From a bacterium (lineage in GTDB: Bacteria; UBP6; UBA1177): 11,929 nucleotides of DNA. The translations under genes were made by a program, and so were the position numbers. Shown piece by piece: positions 6,740 to 11,929 of the stretch (position 1 is the first letter of the stretch; each line of letters begins with the position of its first letter). The notes beneath the pieces were generated by a model, which was not told the DNA's origin, ran no database searches, and saw only the letters and a list, made by a program, of their open reading frames with translations. The stretch lies in the NCBI GenBank assembly GCA_035354435.1, contig DAOQAY010000090.1, forward strand, positions 1-11,929, in the 5' to 3' direction.

Positions 6740-6773
6740 GATCACACAGATTTACCATAGCGAAATCAAGAAG
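6740..6773 (+). repeat. Copy 2 of the duplicated junction segment.
   Basis: See copy 1. It lies immediately downstream of DR1 and upstream of the dinD-like promoter region (TTGACT at 6779-6784). Confidence 0.5.
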
Positions 6774-6858
6774 TTAGATTGACTTTTAAGAAGTATTCTA
6801 TATTGTTTTCCATGTTCTGGGCTAAATATATGGCAATATTTGCAACAAGGAGTCTTAA

Positions 6859-7731
6859 ATGGACAGAAGGCTTATCCAGTCAATGAAATCAATATTTGAT
6901 GAACTTACAAAAAAAATAAATGAGGAAAATATTGAGTTCTGGTTCGCCAGAGAGATCATGGAACATCTGGGATATGCTCGCTGGGAAAATTTTCTGACAG
7001 CCATTAACCGTGCGATTTATTCTTGTATATCAACAGGTACAGATCCAGAAGACCATTTTCGTGGAGTAAAGAAAATGGTTAATATCGGTAGTAGCGCAAC
7101 AAGAGACATAGATGATTTTATGCTTACTCGTTACGCATGCTATTTAATTGCTCAAAACGGCGATCCGAGAAAAGAGGAAATTGCTTTTGCTCAAAGTTAT
7201 TTTGCTTTCCAGACAAGAAAACAGGAAATTATTGAAGATAGAATGCAGCTTCAGTTTCGTATTGAAGCCAGGGAAAGACTAAGAGAATCAGAAAAAACAC
7301 TGTCACAGAATATTTATGAAAGAGGTGTTGATGATGATGGTTTTGCTAGAATAAGATCTAAAGGTGATGCAGCACTATTTGGTGGTAATTCAACTCAGAT
7401 GATGAAGGATAAATTCGGGATTACACAGTCACGGCCTCTAGCTGATTTTTTGCCGACATTGACAATTGCTGCAAAAAATCTTGCGACTGAAATGACAAAT
7501 CATAATGTATTGGAAGAGGATTTAAAAGGCGAAGAATCAATAACTGATGAACATGTGCAGAACAATAAAAGTGTCCGCGAAATGTTGGAAAAACGAGGAA
7601 TTCAACCTGAGAGTCTTTCTCCAGAAGAGGATATTAAAAAACTTGAGCGACGAGTAAAATCAGAAGAAAAAAAATTGGCAAGACAATCTGGTAAATTGCC
7701 AAAAAATAAAACCACTGCAAATTCTCTTTAG
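6859..7731 (+). CDS. dinD: DNA-damage-inducible protein D family protein (DinD-like).
   Basis: 290 aa. The blocks EFWFAREIMEHLGYARWENF, HFRGVKKMVNIGS, LTRYACYLIAQNGDP, AQSYFAFQTRKQE and the C-terminal IKKLERRVKSEEKK track my recollection of E. coli DinD (EFWSARELAPLLDYRDWRNF, LSRYACYLVVQNGDP, GQTYFAIQTRRQE, IKQLENSVKITEKK). RBS AAGGAG at 6848-6853. Eyeball GC about 40%. Confidence 0.85.
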   Translation: MDRRLIQSMKSIFDELTKKINEENIEFWFAREIMEHLGYARWENFLTAINRAIYSCISTGTDPEDHFRGVKKMVNIGSSATRDIDDFMLTRYACYLIAQNGDPRKEEIAFAQSYFAFQTRKQEIIEDRMQLQFRIEARERLRESEKTLSQNIYERGVDDDGFARIRSKGDAALFGGNSTQMMKDKFGITQSRPLADFLPTLTIAAKNLATEMTNHNVLEEDLKGEESITDEHVQNNKSVREMLEKRGIQPESLSPEEDIKKLERRVKSEEKKLARQSGKLPKNKTTANSL

Positions 7732-7738
7732 TAAATAA
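7717..7738 (+). repeat. Direct repeat DR2, identical to DR1 and overlapping the dinD-like stop codon.
   Basis: Identical 22-mer, 1002 bp downstream of DR1. Confidence 0.7.
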
Positions 7739-7744
7739 ATTATC

Positions 7745-7768
7745 CATCCTTCGATGAACTCAGGATGA
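7745..7768. terminator. Weak hairpin between the convergent dinD-like and lipoprotein genes. It is a candidate bidirectional terminator.
   Basis: CATCCT at 7745-7750 and AGGATG at 7763-7768 form a 6-bp stem with a 12-nt loop. There is no clear U-tract on either side. Confidence 0.2.
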
Positions 7769-7807
7769 ATAGCAAATTCAGCCACTTATTTTGAAGGTTG
7801 AAAGTTT

Positions 7808-8751
<944 letters not shown>

Positions 8752-8792
8752 AGCCTGTTTTTAGTATTTTCATAATTTCTCAGGAGGAAAAC

Positions 8793-9083
8793 ATGAAACT
8801 TAAACCTTTGAATGACAGAGTGATCGTAAAAAGAGTGGAAAGTGAAACAAAAACAGCTGGCGGGATTATAATCCCCGATACAGCAAAAGAAAAACCGGTT
8901 GAAGCGGAAGTAATAGCAGTCGGTACAGGTAAAATGCTTGAAAACGGCGACCGTCAGAAAATGCAGGTCAAGGCTGGTGACAAAATCCTTTTCGGCAAAT
9001 ACAGCGGAACCGAAGTCAAAATTAACGGCGAGGAACATCTTATCCTTAAAGAAGATGATATTCTTGCAATAGTTGAAAAGTAA
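8793..9083 (+). CDS. groES: Co-chaperonin GroES (Hsp10).
   Basis: 96 aa. [35 protein letters not shown]...[30 protein letters not shown] is canonical. RBS AGGAGG at 8782-8787. Confidence 0.95.
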   Translation: MKLKPLNDRVIVKRVESETKTAGGIIIPDTAKEKPVEAEVIAVGTGKMLENGDRQKMQVKAGDKILFGKYSGTEVKINGEEHLILKEDDILAIVEK

Positions 9084-9089
9084 TAATAA

Positions 9090-10763
<1,674 letters not shown>

Positions 10764-10899
10764 TTTTCCTGTCATAATGTCAATTTGACTATTTGTCACT
10801 CTTTTCTAAATCATAACTAATTGAAATAATTCAAAAAAATAGCTGGTATAAAAATTGCATTAACAGGCGGCTTTAGTTGTATTTATAGGTGGTCGCCTG

Positions 10900-11868
10900 A
10901 TGAAAAGTAGAACGATTCTCAATGTTGCTCTTTTTATTTCAATTGTTTTTGCTGTAGCTGCAGCTATCGGTTTTGTGCTGAGTTTTGTTGTGAAGGGTGA
11001 ACAGGTATTTGTTCCGGTCAGCAAAAATTATTACAAAAGCACAGCCGAAGAAAACTCCGATACCAAAAAAGAGAGTTTTTATTTCGGTCATAGCAGTGAA
11101 ACAATATCTTCAAGCAATATTTTTGATGCAGCTGCAAGATCCATTGCACTTTCAGAAAACAATGCCGGTGATGCCGCTGTTGGCGGTGCTGTTCCTGAAG
11201 CGAGTCAGGAAGATCTGGCTTTTTTTATTGAGAATCCCGATAAATGTCCGCTTATGGGCGGTCTTACTCTGAGCGGAACCATTGTTGCAAATTCAAATGA
11301 AGACTCTGTTGCGATCATGAAGGAAGGTCGTGGCGAGGAATCGGCTATAATTGCAAGAGTCGGATCTGAAGTCACTGCCGGAGCTGTACTTGCATTTGTC
11401 TGGAGGAATTTCGTAGTTCTCAAGACTAATACCGGTATCAAATGTATCGGTGAAGGTGTTGCAGAAGGCAGAACCGGTGCAGTAGATCAGAAAATTTTAC
11501 AAGAAGGAGCTCCTGCAGCTGGCGGAGATGACAGCATTGATGTCAGAAAGGTCGGCGAAAACCAGTATGTCATTCGAAGACAGGATCTTCAGAAAGTTAC
11601 AGGCAATCTCAATGCACTTGCAAGACAGGCCAGAATCGTTCCTTCAAAAAAGGACAATGGATTCAAGGTTTTTTCGATAGCGCCGGACAGTCTTTACCAG
11701 AAAATAGGCATCCAGAACGGAGATGTGATAAAGTCAATCAACGGAATAGAACTTTCCAGCCCCGACAAAGCTCTTGAGGCCTATTCAAGACTTCAGAGCG
11801 CTTCCAAGCTTTCACTCGATATCGTAAGAAGAGGTCAGGCAACCACAATGGAATATACAATAGAGTAG
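10900..11868 (+). CDS. Bitopic membrane protein with a C-terminal PDZ-like domain, resembling type II secretion system protein C (GspC; PilP-like).
   Basis: 322 aa. N-terminal TM helix MKSRTILNVALFISIVFAVAAAIGFVLSFVV. The C-terminus GFKVFSIAPDSLYQKIGIQNGDVIKSINGIELSSPDKALEAYSRLQSASKLSLDIVRRGQATTMEYTIE resembles the GspC PDZ region. The next ORF starts with a signal peptide, consistent with GspD. RBS AGGTGG. Confidence 0.5.
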   Translation: MKSRTILNVALFISIVFAVAAAIGFVLSFVVKGEQVFVPVSKNYYKSTAEENSDTKKESFYFGHSSETISSSNIFDAAARSIALSENNAGDAAVGGAVPEASQEDLAFFIENPDKCPLMGGLTLSGTIVANSNEDSVAIMKEGRGEESAIIARVGSEVTAGAVLAFVWRNFVVLKTNTGIKCIGEGVAEGRTGAVDQKILQEGAPAAGGDDSIDVRKVGENQYVIRRQDLQKVTGNLNALARQARIVPSKKDNGFKVFSIAPDSLYQKIGIQNGDVIKSINGIELSSPDKALEAYSRLQSASKLSLDIVRRGQATTMEYTIE

Positions 11869-11877
11869 GAGAGAGAT

Positions 11878-11929
11878 ATGTTTTTGAAAAGATTTGCAAT
11901 TCTGATGATGGCGTTTTTGCTGGTTTTCA
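11878..11929 (+). CDS. 5' end of an ORF encoding a signal peptide (MFLKRFAILMMAFLLVF...), possibly a secretin (GspD-like). It is truncated by the window edge.
   Basis: The ATG at 11878 is preceded by GGAGAGAG. It shows a hydrophobic signal-like N-terminus. Only 17 codons are visible. Confidence 0.35.
   Translation, partial: MFLKRFAILMMAFLLVF

Noticed and set aside
6738-6760. CTGATCACACAG upstream of the dinD-like gene as a LexA/SOS box.
   Set aside because: It does not fit the E. coli CTGT-N8-ACAG geometry (only 6 nt between CTG and CAG) nor the Cheo-box CGAACRNRYGTTYC. The phylum-specific motif is unknown, so this remains untested rather than disproven.
6584-6858. tRNA or other small RNA at the island junctions as an integration target.
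   Set aside because: No cloverleaf-compatible sequence (no GTTCRA T-loop, no conserved D-arm) was seen in 4574-4769, 6584-6858 or 7739-7807.

Overview
The window is a roughly 45% GC bacterial chromosomal segment with a 3.2 kb accessory island (4574-7807) inserted between two convergent cysteine-rich lipoprotein genes. GC figures here are eyeball estimates from a few sampled 60-nt lines, not computed.

Core, + strand, left to right:
- 3' end of an rnfA/nqrE-family membrane subunit gene, carrying an unexpected in-frame TAG.
- An nfeD-like gene followed by a flotillin (floT-like) operon.
- A fold-type II PLP serine/threonine dehydratase-family gene.
- A lipoprotein gene with two Kazal-like Cys-rich modules, then a GC hairpin terminator.

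Accessory island:
- An approx 30% GC, translationally coupled two-gene operon. Gene A has a C-terminal HEPN-type R-x4-H motif. Gene B has a PD-(D/E)xK (restriction-endonuclease-fold) D...ExK motif.
- The operon is bracketed by 26/27-identical inverted copies of a 27-bp GC hairpin sequence. The left copy doubles as the terminator of the upstream lipoprotein gene.
- Next comes a DinD-family (DNA-damage-inducible protein D) gene. Its roughly 1 kb unit is bracketed by 22-bp direct repeats, and the downstream repeat is the gene's own 3' end.
- A partially duplicated promoter-like segment sits in the junction between the two modules.

Right flank:
- A minus-strand lipoprotein gene with a 9-bp tandem repeat array encoding (NTG)8(DTG)9 and three 60-aa Cys-rich repeats.
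- groES-groEL with no CIRCE element.
- A GspC-like PDZ protein gene and the start of a further signal-peptide ORF.

No tRNA, rRNA or CRISPR array is present. The HEPN-like plus REase-fold pair is the best candidate for an undescribed two-component defence or abortive-infection module. Every domain call is from motif reading alone and needs profile searches.
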